Below, piece after piece: positions 1 through 9,026 of a DNA stretch of 64,000 nt. Position numbers and translations under genes: made by a program. The stretch lies in IMG/VR virus record IMGVR_UViG_3300024270_000002, one strand, 5' to 3'. Position 1 is the stretch's first letter. Every line of letters starts with the position of its first letter. Under the pieces are notes generated by a model that saw nothing but the letters and a program-made list of their open reading frames with translations, did not search any database and had not been told where the DNA came from. This DNA comes from a virus (Duplodnaviria; Caudoviricetes).

Positions 1-2
1 AA

Positions 3-209
3 GACAAAGTTTGTGTAGAAAAAGAGCTCATTACTACTAAGCCTGCTCAATCAGAAATAAAAGCCGAACTTTGCACTGATAATGACTTATTAGAGCCGCT
101 CAGTGTCAAAGAGGCAGAACAAGCAGAAATTGAGCCTTTTGAATATTTTGTAGACTTTGACGAGCCTATAGGTGACCCGATTTCTGACGAAGACCTTTAT
201 GGTAATTAA
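3..209 (+). CDS. 3' end of an acidic hypothetical protein (truncated by window start)
   Basis: Open frame from window edge (DKVCVEKELIT...DEDLYGN) to TAA at 207-209, followed by a terminator hairpin. Confidence 0.7.
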   Translation, partial: DKVCVEKELITTKPAQSEIKAELCTDNDLLEPLSVKEAEQAEIEPFEYFVDFDEPIGDPISDEDLYGN

Positions 210-214
210 TTTAA

Positions 215-252
215 AGAAGCACTCTAAAATTTAGGGTGCTTCTACTTTATTT
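215..252 (+). terminator. Intrinsic terminator
   Basis: Inverted repeat agaagcactcta/tagggtgcttct followed by a T-rich tract. Confidence 0.7.
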
Positions 253-261
253 GCTAAATTA
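253..261 (+). promoter_or_regulatory. Putative phage late promoter motif GCTAAATTA (other intergenic copies at 2608, 8517, 8988, 13953, 19501, 21923, 30245, 39638, 46204, 51094, 53943)
   Basis: Exact 9-mer seen 12 times in intergenic DNA, always + strand and upstream of gene starts, mostly structural genes. Confidence 0.75.
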
Positions 262-264
262 TAT

Positions 265-318
265 AGCGGCTGCGGCGGCGGACTTAGCCTTTCACCGTTG
301 TCGTGGTCGCTTTTCTTT
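265..318 (+). ncRNA. Putative short late RNA or attenuator: 17-bp stem with 6 G-U pairs, 13-nt loop, U-tract
   Basis: agcggctgcggcggcgg (265-281) pairs with ccgttgtcgtggtcgct (295-311) only when G-U is allowed; starts just after the GCTAAATTA motif. Confidence 0.45.
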
Positions 319-348
319 TAAATACTTTTCAGAAGGAGACTACTTCTA

Positions 349-1098
349 ATGATTATAAATAAACCGGCTTTAATAGAAGCTAAAAGAAAAAAGCGTAAAA
401 AGAAGCTACCGTATAGTTCTCTCAGTTATACTACCGGAGATATTGGATTAAATATCGATAGGTTTAATCAAGCGATGGGCACCGACTTTGGCCAAGGTAG
501 TACCGACAGTGGAGCTAATACAGGAGCTTCTGAAGGTGGAGCCCTCTGTGAAGCTAAGAGATATGTGCGTAGGTATTACATTCGCCCGCAAAACCTATTC
601 TGTAGTAATAAGGCTGAAATAATTAAAGCTCTTATTGAAATCGGTAACGCAAACTGCTCAGTATATACTCTTAATAACCTTGGAGATGATAAAGATGTTT
701 CTAAGCTTATGAATAGCGATATCATCTATTACTACGATGATGGAATTCTTTATGACAAAAATAAGGTAAAAGTAATGGACTATGACCTTTCTATTAAAAA
801 GGAAGAAGATCGTAAACATTTTGCAAATGTAGATAAAGCGTCCGATAAAGAATTTAAGGCAGAGTATGAAGACCGTATGACTGATGCTACAGAACTTGAA
901 GAAGCTTTTAATTTAGACTTTGACGACTACAATGTTTTCGGTGAAAAATTGACTGAAGCTAAAGAAAATTTTTGCTGCATCTGTGGTGAGCCTATTGAAG
1001 ATTATGGAAATAATCCTGAGCCGTATATGTCGTCTGATAAAGGACGTTGTTGCTCTGGGTGTCATTTAAAATTCGTACTACCTATTTCGGAGGTGTGA
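349..1098 (+). CDS. Hypothetical virion-associated protein with C-terminal Cys zinc finger
   Basis: RBS aaggag; C-terminal CCICG...GNNP...GRCCSGC; repeated LxEA motifs. Confidence 0.7.
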   Translation: MIINKPALIEAKRKKRKKKLPYSSLSYTTGDIGLNIDRFNQAMGTDFGQGSTDSGANTGASEGGALCEAKRYVRRYYIRPQNLFCSNKAEIIKALIEIGNANCSVYTLNNLGDDKDVSKLMNSDIIYYYDDGILYDKNKVKVMDYDLSIKKEEDRKHFANVDKASDKEFKAEYEDRMTDATELEEAFNLDFDDYNVFGEKLTEAKENFCCICGEPIEDYGNNPEPYMSSDKGRCCSGCHLKFVLPISEV

Positions 1099-1099
1099 T

Positions 1100-2563
1100 A
1101 TGGCAACGCCTGTAATAACTGATCCAAGGCAAGTAATGCCGACCGCAGAAGATTTCAAAAGAATACTAAAATCTAAAATACTTTATGAAGCAGCACAAAA
1201 GCTTCCAACTAAAGATTCTTGGAATAAAGCACATTTTAATGATACTCCTTGGGGAATTTCTTATAATGTAAGTATTGGTAAATATAATAAGTCTATGGCT
1301 TCCTATAATAAGGTTAGGAGAAAAGGTGCAGTACCATTACCTAAGCTAGATATCGCCCTAAAATATCTTATAGTGGCCATCGCAATCGATTGGCAGGAGC
1401 TTATTGACCAGCTAAAGCGCGCAGTAAAAAATTGGGGCTACACCACTAATGACTTGAAAAACGTTGCAAAGAACGTATGGAACGCGCCCGGCAATGCAGA
1501 GGAAATTGCAAAAATATGTGGAAGCGTTGTAGTCGACCCGCTAGAAGAACATCTCTCATTAGATCATCTCACGGAAGCTATCGAAAAACACGACTCTTTA
1601 AATAGCAAACTCTTTACAAAAGATGAGGTGCTTAAAGATAAAGTTCGTGATAAGATGCTCGAAATTGTAAATACCTTTTTGGCTGACCTTAAAGAACAAG
1701 ATATCAAAATAAAAGTTGATGATGTTTTATTTATCGGTTCAAATGCTAGCTATAATTATACAAAAGATAGCGATATAGACCTTCATATTGTAGCTAATAC
1801 TAAATCGGTAGATTACCCAGCTGAACTCGGAAATGCTCTTTATAGTGCCTACAGAAGTATCTTTAATAAAAACTTAGATATAACTATCTATGATATTCCT
1901 CTCGAACTTTTTGTTGAAATCGAAGATAGCGCTCGAGTAAGTAACGGCGTTTATTCAGTAAAGAAAAATAAATGGGTCAAGAAGCCTGTTCAAGAAGATA
2001 TTCCTGAGTATGATAAAGAAGCTCTTGACAAACTCGTTGATGAGTGGGAAGAAAAATGCAAAAAGCTTATTGACGACATAAAAGCTGACAAGCTCGACGA
2101 TGAGACAGAAGTAGTTAAGATGCTTGAAGATATCTATGAGAAGCTCCGCAAAAAAGGTGTTGCTAAGGGTGAGTATGCTATTGAAAACTTGGCCTTTAAA
2201 GAACTGCGTAATAAAGGTTACTTAGACCAACTTAAGGATTATAGAAATGAGCTTACTTCCAAGAGACTTTCTCTCGAAGAAAAGCTAGACAGACAAACTC
2301 GTGTCGATATTTATAATCAGCTGACGAGAGCTGCCGGTACTCAGCCTATTATTCAAGATAATGGAATGTTCTTTATATACAACTTAAAATCATCTGATGT
2401 TAATAGAGTACTTAGTATTATTCGAAATCTTCCTTTCGTGGCTGATGCTCAAGCAAACGAAAACGGTAAATATGACTTTTCTAATACCCTTGAGCTCGCT
2501 ATGAACAAGATGCCAACTAAATACTACAATATTCGCGGTATGATTAACTATCAAAATAACTAA
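1100..2563 (+). CDS. Pol-beta superfamily nucleotidyltransferase domain protein
   Basis: VLFIGSNASYNYTKDSDIDLHIV matches the hG[GS]x9-13DxD motif; third acidic residue candidate in LELFVE; downstream GEYAIENLAFKELR. Confidence 0.8.
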   Translation: MATPVITDPRQVMPTAEDFKRILKSKILYEAAQKLPTKDSWNKAHFNDTPWGISYNVSIGKYNKSMASYNKVRRKGAVPLPKLDIALKYLIVAIAIDWQELIDQLKRAVKNWGYTTNDLKNVAKNVWNAPGNAEEIAKICGSVVVDPLEEHLSLDHLTEAIEKHDSLNSKLFTKDEVLKDKVRDKMLEIVNTFLADLKEQDIKIKVDDVLFIGSNASYNYTKDSDIDLHIVANTKSVDYPAELGNALYSAYRSIFNKNLDITIYDIPLELFVEIEDSARVSNGVYSVKKNKWVKKPVQEDIPEYDKEALDKLVDEWEEKCKKLIDDIKADKLDDETEVVKMLEDIYEKLRKKGVAKGEYAIENLAFKELRNKGYLDQLKDYRNELTSKRLSLEEKLDRQTRVDIYNQLTRAAGTQPIIQDNGMFFIYNLKSSDVNRVLSIIRNLPFVADAQANENGKYDFSNTLELAMNKMPTKYYNIRGMINYQNN

Positions 2564-2592
2564 GGTGTTCTTCTTGAGCACCTTTTCTTTTT
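2562..2592 (+). terminator. Intrinsic terminator
   Basis: aaggtgttc/gagcacctt stem followed by ttcttttt. Confidence 0.7.
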
Positions 2593-2647
2593 GTCCTAAA
2601 ATAATTTGCTAAATTATACAGTAATTCATTTGAAAGGATATAAAGTA

Positions 2648-3610
2648 ATGAAAAGACAAACACTACAAGAGCAATGTCTAACTGAATTACTTAAGCTAGA
2701 CGAGGCTACGCGTACTCAGCTGGTGGCACAGTCTAGAAATGCTGGAGTATATAAAGATCAATCTAGAGGCAAAACGAGATTCGAGCGTAAAAAATATTCC
2801 AAAATTGCTAATCAAGTAAAGAGTTTTAACCAGATTGACATGAATAAGCTCTTTAAACAAGATATTTTATTAGTAAATATTCCGGTAGTCGGAGAAACTG
2901 ATGAGTACACAGTTACAATCAAACTCGAGAGCGTCATAGCTGAGATACAGAAGAATATAAAAAATAACGGTAATAAATTCGAATATCGAACAGTACTTCA
3001 GTCGCTTACCAAGGTATTTAATACTACTGACGTCTATACAAAATGTCAATGCCCTGACTTCAAATATCGCTTCGCGCACTGGAACATTATAAAAAATGTT
3101 TCTGTAGACGACTCTGCTAGCGACCCTGGGCCAGGAAAAGGGATAGCTAACCCTAACGATGATAAAGGAAGAGGCTGTAAACATTTACTTTTAACGCTAG
3201 CCAATGGCGAGTGGATGATGAAGGTAAGTTCAGTAATAGTTAACTACTGTCATTTCCTATCCGAGAAAAAACCAGACGCGTTTTTGAAACTGGTATTCCC
3301 CAAACTCTATGGAGTTCCTGCTGACGAAGCTGACCAAAACGGAATTGTTGAAGATAATGAAGACCTAGAGACTGGTAAAGACTTAATTGATATTATTAAT
3401 GACTGGGCCAAGAAAAGAGGACACTTCAAGAAGGGAAGTAATATTAACCCCGTATATGCAGATAAGCTTTCTAAAGAGCAGGAAAAGAAAGCTAAAGAAG
3501 AACAGGAAAAAACGAAGGCTGAAGAACCTACTGAAGAGAAAGAGACTTCGGAAGAACCTGATACAAATAAAAACGAAACTGAAGAAGAAATGGAGAATCA
3601 AAGATCATGA
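2648..3610 (+). CDS. SWIM-type zinc finger protein
   Basis: CQCPDF...GCKHL (CxC-xn-CxH); ATG at 2648 with gaaagga RBS; acidic C-tail. Confidence 0.7.
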   Translation: MKRQTLQEQCLTELLKLDEATRTQLVAQSRNAGVYKDQSRGKTRFERKKYSKIANQVKSFNQIDMNKLFKQDILLVNIPVVGETDEYTVTIKLESVIAEIQKNIKNNGNKFEYRTVLQSLTKVFNTTDVYTKCQCPDFKYRFAHWNIIKNVSVDDSASDPGPGKGIANPNDDKGRGCKHLLLTLANGEWMMKVSSVIVNYCHFLSEKKPDAFLKLVFPKLYGVPADEADQNGIVEDNEDLETGKDLIDIINDWAKKRGHFKKGSNINPVYADKLSKEQEKKAKEEQEKTKAEEPTEEKETSEEPDTNKNETEEEMENQRS

Positions 3611-3930
3611 CAAAGCATTTTTCTGATGCTCTTTTTGAAGGCATCTGGGACTATCAAACCTGGACACGTACTGGCCCTAGAAATAAACCTATTTATACAC
3701 TTACTTATGGACAAAATACTGTTGCTAAGTACGATAAAAATACTTTCGACTTTGCACTCTGTGCGGATTGGGAAAGGCATATTGATAAGCTACTAGAGTG
3801 GCTTAGTCAATACTATCCTGGATTCTTTATTCGCCGTGAGTCTCCCAGCTCAGCGTCATATGAAAGATTTTATCCGACAAGAGAAGAAGCTGTAAAGTAC
3901 ATTAAAAACAAAAATATAAACATTATTTAA
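3607..3930 (+). CDS. Hypothetical protein
   Basis: ATGA overlap with upstream stop; 107 aa ORF. Confidence 0.7.
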   Translation: MTKHFSDALFEGIWDYQTWTRTGPRNKPIYTLTYGQNTVAKYDKNTFDFALCADWERHIDKLLEWLSQYYPGFFIRRESPSSASYERFYPTREEAVKYIKNKNINII

Positions 3931-3966
3931 AAACTGTATAATATATAGTAAGGAGATTTCGACTTG

Positions 3967-6012
3967 ATGATGTCAAACGAACTAAATTTAGAACAACTAA
4001 ATAATCTGTCTCCTGAAGAACGCGCGCTAGCTCTAGAAATTCTAAAAGAGTATTCTCAAGAAGGCTACTCAAGCCTTTTAGAAGACTTAAAATACTCGGA
4101 CTACGAAGAGATTCCTGTAGATATTATGACATTTATTTCAGAAGAAAGATATCTCGGTAGAGGCCTTTATATCGTAGACGACTTTACTGGAGAGAGAAAA
4201 TGCACAGTCTTTCCGTATTGGATAGAGAAGCTAAAAGAAATATTTCCTGATAACATAACAACTCGATATAATACAGTAATACTTACGGGCTCTATTGGTC
4301 TTGGTAAATCTTTTATTGCAGTTATCTGTCAACTCTATTTACTATACCGAATGATGTGCTTAAAAGACCCTTATACATTTTTTGGGCTTCAGCCCATAGA
4401 CAAGATAACGTTCTCCATGTTGAACGTAACCATAGAAGCTGCTCAAGGCGTCGGCTGGGACAAGATGCAGCAACTCCTCCAAAGCTCTGATTGGTTCATG
4501 GAACGTGGTAATATGAATGCCAGTAGAACAAATCCGCAATGGCAGCCGCCAAAAGGAATTGAACTAGTATTCGGTTCTAGTAATAGACACGTAGTTGGTC
4601 GTGCGCTATTTTCTAACTTCAGTGATGAAGTTAACTTCGGAGTTAGCAATAATGTAGAGAAGCAGAAAGCTAAGCTTAAGAAAATGATTTCTCAGATTGA
4701 CGCCCGTATGATTTCTCGTTTTGGTAAAGGTACATACCTTCCCACGATGAATATAATTGCGTCTTCTAAAGATTCTGAGCAGGCTTTCTTGGAATCTTAC
4801 ATAGAGACAAAACGACAAAATGAAAGTAAAACTACTCTTATTGTAGACGAGCCTCAGTGGGTAATTAGAAATGACAAAGGTACGCCAGATGATCCTGGAA
4901 GTTTCTATGTTGCTGTCGGAAACAAGTTCCTGGCTCACGAACTCCTACCTGTAGATGCTACAGAAGAAGAGGTAAATGCTTACAGAGAAAAAGGCTACTT
5001 CATGTTAAAAGTTCCTCCTATTTACAGAGAAGCTTTCGAAGATAATATGGACCTTGCTCTTACAGATAACGCCGGTATTTCTACTTCTAGTTCTACTAAA
5101 TATATTTCTGGTGTTAGACTAAATCAAATTAAACTAGACACCTATAAAAATCCATTCGTAAAAGATGTTATCGAAGTCGGTAATAGCCCGGAAGATGTGG
5201 TACAATACGCTAACTTCTTTGACTTAACACGAGTCAATCAAAGAGACTTAGTAAGACCTTTATTTATCCATCTTGATATGTCACTCTCCGGAGACAAAAC
5301 CGGTATTGCAGGCGTGTGGATAACGGGCAAAAGACCGCAAAAGGTTGGAGAAGAGCCGAGTAAAGAACTTGAGTTTAAGCTGGCTTTCTCAGTATCCGTT
5401 AAAGCTCCTAAAGGATTCCAGGTAAGTTTTGAAAAGAATAGAAACTTTATACGCTGGCTACGAGATAGGGGCTTTGCAATAAAAGGAGTATCAAGCGACA
5501 CTTACCAGTCTGCTCAAATTCAACAGCAATTAAAAGCAGATGGTTTTAATACAAAGATACTTTCAGTGGATAGAGTTGATAGCACAACCAAACTTTGCCA
5601 ACCTTATGCATTCTTTAAGTCAGCTATTTATGAGCGACACATTCAAATGTATAAAGATTGTCAGCTGTTAACAGAAGAGCTCGTAAGTTTAGAAAGACTT
5701 TCTGACGGACACATTGACCACCCGCAAAATGGAAGCAAAGACCAAGCCGACGCAGTATGTGGTTCACTCTATTTAGCGAGTGAGTTTGCAGAAGAGTATT
5801 CCTATGACTACGGCGAAAATCTTGAGACTTCTTTAGATGTCAATGTAGAAAGCTCTGATGAGTACAGAAAGCATCAAATGATAGCTGAATTCCAAGAGGA
5901 ACTTACTAAAATTTATTTTGATATGGCAGCTGCTGACGAAGCAATAGATTATAAGAAAAAACAAGAATACGAAATGTACCAAAATATAATGGACGGTATA
6001 ATCATTTTATGA
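3967..6012 (+). CDS. terL: Terminase large subunit
   Basis: Walker A GSIGLGKS, Walker B FSDE, RNase H-like nuclease HLDMSLSGD...DHP...SKDQADA; lies before portal. Confidence 0.92.
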   Translation: MMSNELNLEQLNNLSPEERALALEILKEYSQEGYSSLLEDLKYSDYEEIPVDIMTFISEERYLGRGLYIVDDFTGERKCTVFPYWIEKLKEIFPDNITTRYNTVILTGSIGLGKSFIAVICQLYLLYRMMCLKDPYTFFGLQPIDKITFSMLNVTIEAAQGVGWDKMQQLLQSSDWFMERGNMNASRTNPQWQPPKGIELVFGSSNRHVVGRALFSNFSDEVNFGVSNNVEKQKAKLKKMISQIDARMISRFGKGTYLPTMNIIASSKDSEQAFLESYIETKRQNESKTTLIVDEPQWVIRNDKGTPDDPGSFYVAVGNKFLAHELLPVDATEEEVNAYREKGYFMLKVPPIYREAFEDNMDLALTDNAGISTSSSTKYISGVRLNQIKLDTYKNPFVKDVIEVGNSPEDVVQYANFFDLTRVNQRDLVRPLFIHLDMSLSGDKTGIAGVWITGKRPQKVGEEPSKELEFKLAFSVSVKAPKGFQVSFEKNRNFIRWLRDRGFAIKGVSSDTYQSAQIQQQLKADGFNTKILSVDRVDSTTKLCQPYAFFKSAIYERHIQMYKDCQLLTEELVSLERLSDGHIDHPQNGSKDQADAVCGSLYLASEFAEEYSYDYGENLETSLDVNVESSDEYRKHQMIAEFQEELTKIYFDMAAADEAIDYKKKQEYEMYQNIMDGIIIL

Positions 6013-6027
6013 AGGAGACCATAGATT

Positions 6028-7959
6028 ATGGCTGAGACTGAAAATAAAAATAAAACATCACATCCACTGGTCGGTAGTCAAACGCAGCCAGTTACACTAA
6101 ATAATACTACTACTTTGGACATTGATGTTAAAAATACGCTAGCAGATAATATCATAGAGGCAAGCCTAACTAGCAAATTAGATATGGCTGCTATTGAAAA
6201 CTTTACTAATATTTCTAATTCCCGTGACCAGATATATCAAATGATTGACACCATGGCACAAGACTCCTCTGTGGCAGCGATTCTAAGAACTTACACTGAG
6301 GATGTGTGTGAGCCGGCAGATAACGGACACGTTATTTGGTGCGAATCGAATGATCCAAAAATTAGTAAATTTGTTAACTATCTCTTAAATACTATGAATG
6401 CTGATAAGAATATGTACGGTTGGACATATGAGCTAATCAAGTACGGAGATGTATATTTGCGTCTTTTCAGAGAATCTGACTACGAAGATACTTTGTTTAA
6501 GCCAGCAAGTATTGACCAAGCTTACTCTGCTAGAAACACTCTTAATGAGGATTTCAAAGAAAAACTGGATGAAGCCGTTAAGCTAAATCTGCACTCCGCT
6601 TCTGACCCATATAGTTATTATGTTGAGGCGATAGACGACCCGGGCACTATGTTTGAGCTTACTAAGTTTGGTAAAACTTATGGCTACATAGAAACTCCTA
6701 ACGAGGATTCCGGATTAGATACTATATCAGCTTTTACTGGTACAAATACCTCAGGCACATACAATTTTAGAATGAAATCTGCTGACGTTAACGTCTATCA
6801 GGCTGACGACTTTGTACATGCCTGTCTTGAAGACAACTTTACGAGATTCCCAGAAACAGTTGATTTGTTTATCGATCCGGAAGGAAAAAAAAGTCAATCA
6901 TATAGTGTTCGTCGTGGTAAGTCATTACTATACGATGCTTATAAGATCTGGCGAGAAAAGGCACTTCTAGAAAATGCTGCACTCTTAAACAGAATTACTC
7001 GTTCAAGTATTGTTCGTAAAGTCGGTGTAGAGGTTGGTGATATGCCAAAAGAACAAGTACAACAAACACTCCGCCGTGTTAAAGACATGATGGAACAAAA
7101 AAGTTCTGTTAATGTCGGCAAATCTATGAATGAATATAATAACCCAGGACCAGTTGAAAATAATATCTACTTCGCGACTCACGGAGGTCAAGGTAATATC
7201 ACTGTAGAAGCAGTTGGCGGTGACGTAGAAGTTAAAAACCTCGCAGACCTTGATTGGTGGAATAATAAATTTTATGCTGCTTTCGGAGTGCCAAAAGCAT
7301 TCTTTGGATGGACTGATGATGCTGCAGGATTTAATGGCGGTACTTCACTTTCAATTATTTCTAGTGTTTATGCTAAAGGCGTTAAGAGAGTTCAAAATGC
7401 TATGATACAGGCTCTTACAGATGCTATTAATCTTTTCCTATTAAATAGAGGACTAAAGAGCTACCTAAATAACTTTACTCTAAAAATGAAAGCACCTGTA
7501 ACTCAAGAAGAAATTGACTATCGTACTGACTTAACAAACAAAGTTAATGCTATCAGCAGTATGCAAGGACTATTTACTGATATTGAGGATAAGCCACGAC
7601 GCCTACGTATTTTAAAAGCTCTACTAGCTTCCCTGAACTACGGAGATGCTATTAATGCTGAAATCGATGAAGAGATTAAGGCAATAGAAGAAGCTGCCGC
7701 AGCTGAAGTAGAAGATGAAGAAGATTTAGAAAATGTCGAGGCTACAGAAGAGGTTCCTACCGAGGCTGGTACTGAGCCAGAAACCTCTGGTGATGATATG
7801 GACCTTGGCACGCTAGATGCTCTTGAGTCCTTTAATACCGGAACAGGTGATATATTATTGGAAGACCAAGAAATCATTAGTAGCATGTTATTAACTGAAG
7901 ATGATCTTCCTTCGCCTGCTGACCTTGACGCAGAAAAAGATTTTTCAGAAAATAATTAA
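6028..7959 (+). CDS. Portal protein (T4 gp20-like)
   Basis: KYGDVYLRL, GKSLL, VEVGDMPK, FGVPKAF motifs; between terminase and prohead protease. Confidence 0.88.
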   Translation: MAETENKNKTSHPLVGSQTQPVTLNNTTTLDIDVKNTLADNIIEASLTSKLDMAAIENFTNISNSRDQIYQMIDTMAQDSSVAAILRTYTEDVCEPADNGHVIWCESNDPKISKFVNYLLNTMNADKNMYGWTYELIKYGDVYLRLFRESDYEDTLFKPASIDQAYSARNTLNEDFKEKLDEAVKLNLHSASDPYSYYVEAIDDPGTMFELTKFGKTYGYIETPNEDSGLDTISAFTGTNTSGTYNFRMKSADVNVYQADDFVHACLEDNFTRFPETVDLFIDPEGKKSQSYSVRRGKSLLYDAYKIWREKALLENAALLNRITRSSIVRKVGVEVGDMPKEQVQQTLRRVKDMMEQKSSVNVGKSMNEYNNPGPVENNIYFATHGGQGNITVEAVGGDVEVKNLADLDWWNNKFYAAFGVPKAFFGWTDDAAGFNGGTSLSIISSVYAKGVKRVQNAMIQALTDAINLFLLNRGLKSYLNNFTLKMKAPVTQEEIDYRTDLTNKVNAISSMQGLFTDIEDKPRRLRILKALLASLNYGDAINAEIDEEIKAIEEAAAAEVEDEEDLENVEATEEVPTEAGTEPETSGDDMDLGTLDALESFNTGTGDILLEDQEIISSMLLTEDDLPSPADLDAEKDFSENN

Positions 7960-7988
7960 GTTTTGTTAAAAGAAAGGTACTTAAATAA

Positions 7989-8462
7989 ATGATCACAAAA
8001 AATGACTGCTTAACTGTTTTAGTAGCACTTGAAGATAGAGGCATTAATATTAATACGCCAATGCGAAAATTAGTAACTTCTAAGGAAGTTCCAATGGAAG
8101 TGCTAAAATTTATTTTAGACAATCGTGGAATTGAAGTCGCAAATTTTTATGAAATGCTACGCAAAAAACATAATCAGAAGAAATCGCCGCTATATCATAA
8201 TATAGTAAAAGAAATTACTGATACAGATGAGATTATTACTACCCTTGCCTGTTTACTTGTCCAGATTACTTTGTATAGTAAGAAACTCCCAACCAGCAAA
8301 GAAATTTTCCAACGCGAAGTAAGAGCTGAGGAAATTACTAGGGTCTTAAATAATTATTACAAGACAGGCGAATTCGACCAATGTTTGGCGCTACTCAAAC
8401 TGCTAAAAACTGACTTGCTCGTACTTGAGCACATCAGCGGACGCAGAGAATTATTAGTATAA
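7989..8462 (+). CDS. Hypothetical head-module protein
   Basis: 157 aa ORF with RBS gaaagg, between portal and protease. Confidence 0.7.
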   Translation: MITKNDCLTVLVALEDRGININTPMRKLVTSKEVPMEVLKFILDNRGIEVANFYEMLRKKHNQKKSPLYHNIVKEITDTDEIITTLACLLVQITLYSKKLPTSKEIFQREVRAEEITRVLNNYYKTGEFDQCLALLKLLKTDLLVLEHISGRRELLV

Positions 8463-8469
8463 ATAATTT

Positions 8470-8500
8470 AAACCGTGGTATTTTACCACGGTTTTATTTT
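8470..8500 (+). terminator. Intrinsic terminator
   Basis: aaaccgtggta/taccacggttt stem plus T tract. Confidence 0.75.
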
Positions 8501-8587
8501 ATATTTAAAAATATTCGCTAAATTAATTGATTAGACGACAGTCTAAAAACGTTTTAAATATTATCTATTTATAAGGAGATTTTTATA

Positions 8588-8950
8588 ATGGATTTAAAAA
8601 ATGGCTATAAAGTAATTTACGAGAAGGCCGCTGACGGCGTAAGAACTTTCTATGCTTCTAAGAATGTTAAGTGCGACCCTACAGTAGACGATAAAATCGT
8701 TGAGGCTGAAATCGGTAAGTATAGACTTATCTATGAAAAGGCAGGACGTTTCTATGGCAGCGAAACAGGTATTCCAGCTGACAGTGATTACTGCTTTGAG
8801 GACTTTGACAAAGTTTTCGTAGAAGCAATGGCAGAGCCGACGGCAATTGCTGAAGATGAGGCAGTTACTCCTGTTGTTGAACCTACTGTTGAACCTGAAA
8901 TTGAGCCAGAGGTTGAAGTACCTGTGGTTGACCCTGAGGACGAAGAATAA
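8588..8950 (+). CDS. Hypothetical protein with internal Y(K/R)(V/L)IYEKA repeat and Pro/Glu tail
   Basis: RBS aaggag; preceded by GCTAAATTA at 8517. Confidence 0.7.
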   Translation: MDLKNGYKVIYEKAADGVRTFYASKNVKCDPTVDDKIVEAEIGKYRLIYEKAGRFYGSETGIPADSDYCFEDFDKVFVEAMAEPTAIAEDEAVTPVVEPTVEPEIEPEVEVPVVDPEDEE

Positions 8951-9026
8951 TTTATTATTAAATTATCAGTTTAATAATTTAATATCTGCTAAATTATTTA
9001 GAACACTGTAACTGAAGAGGATAACT

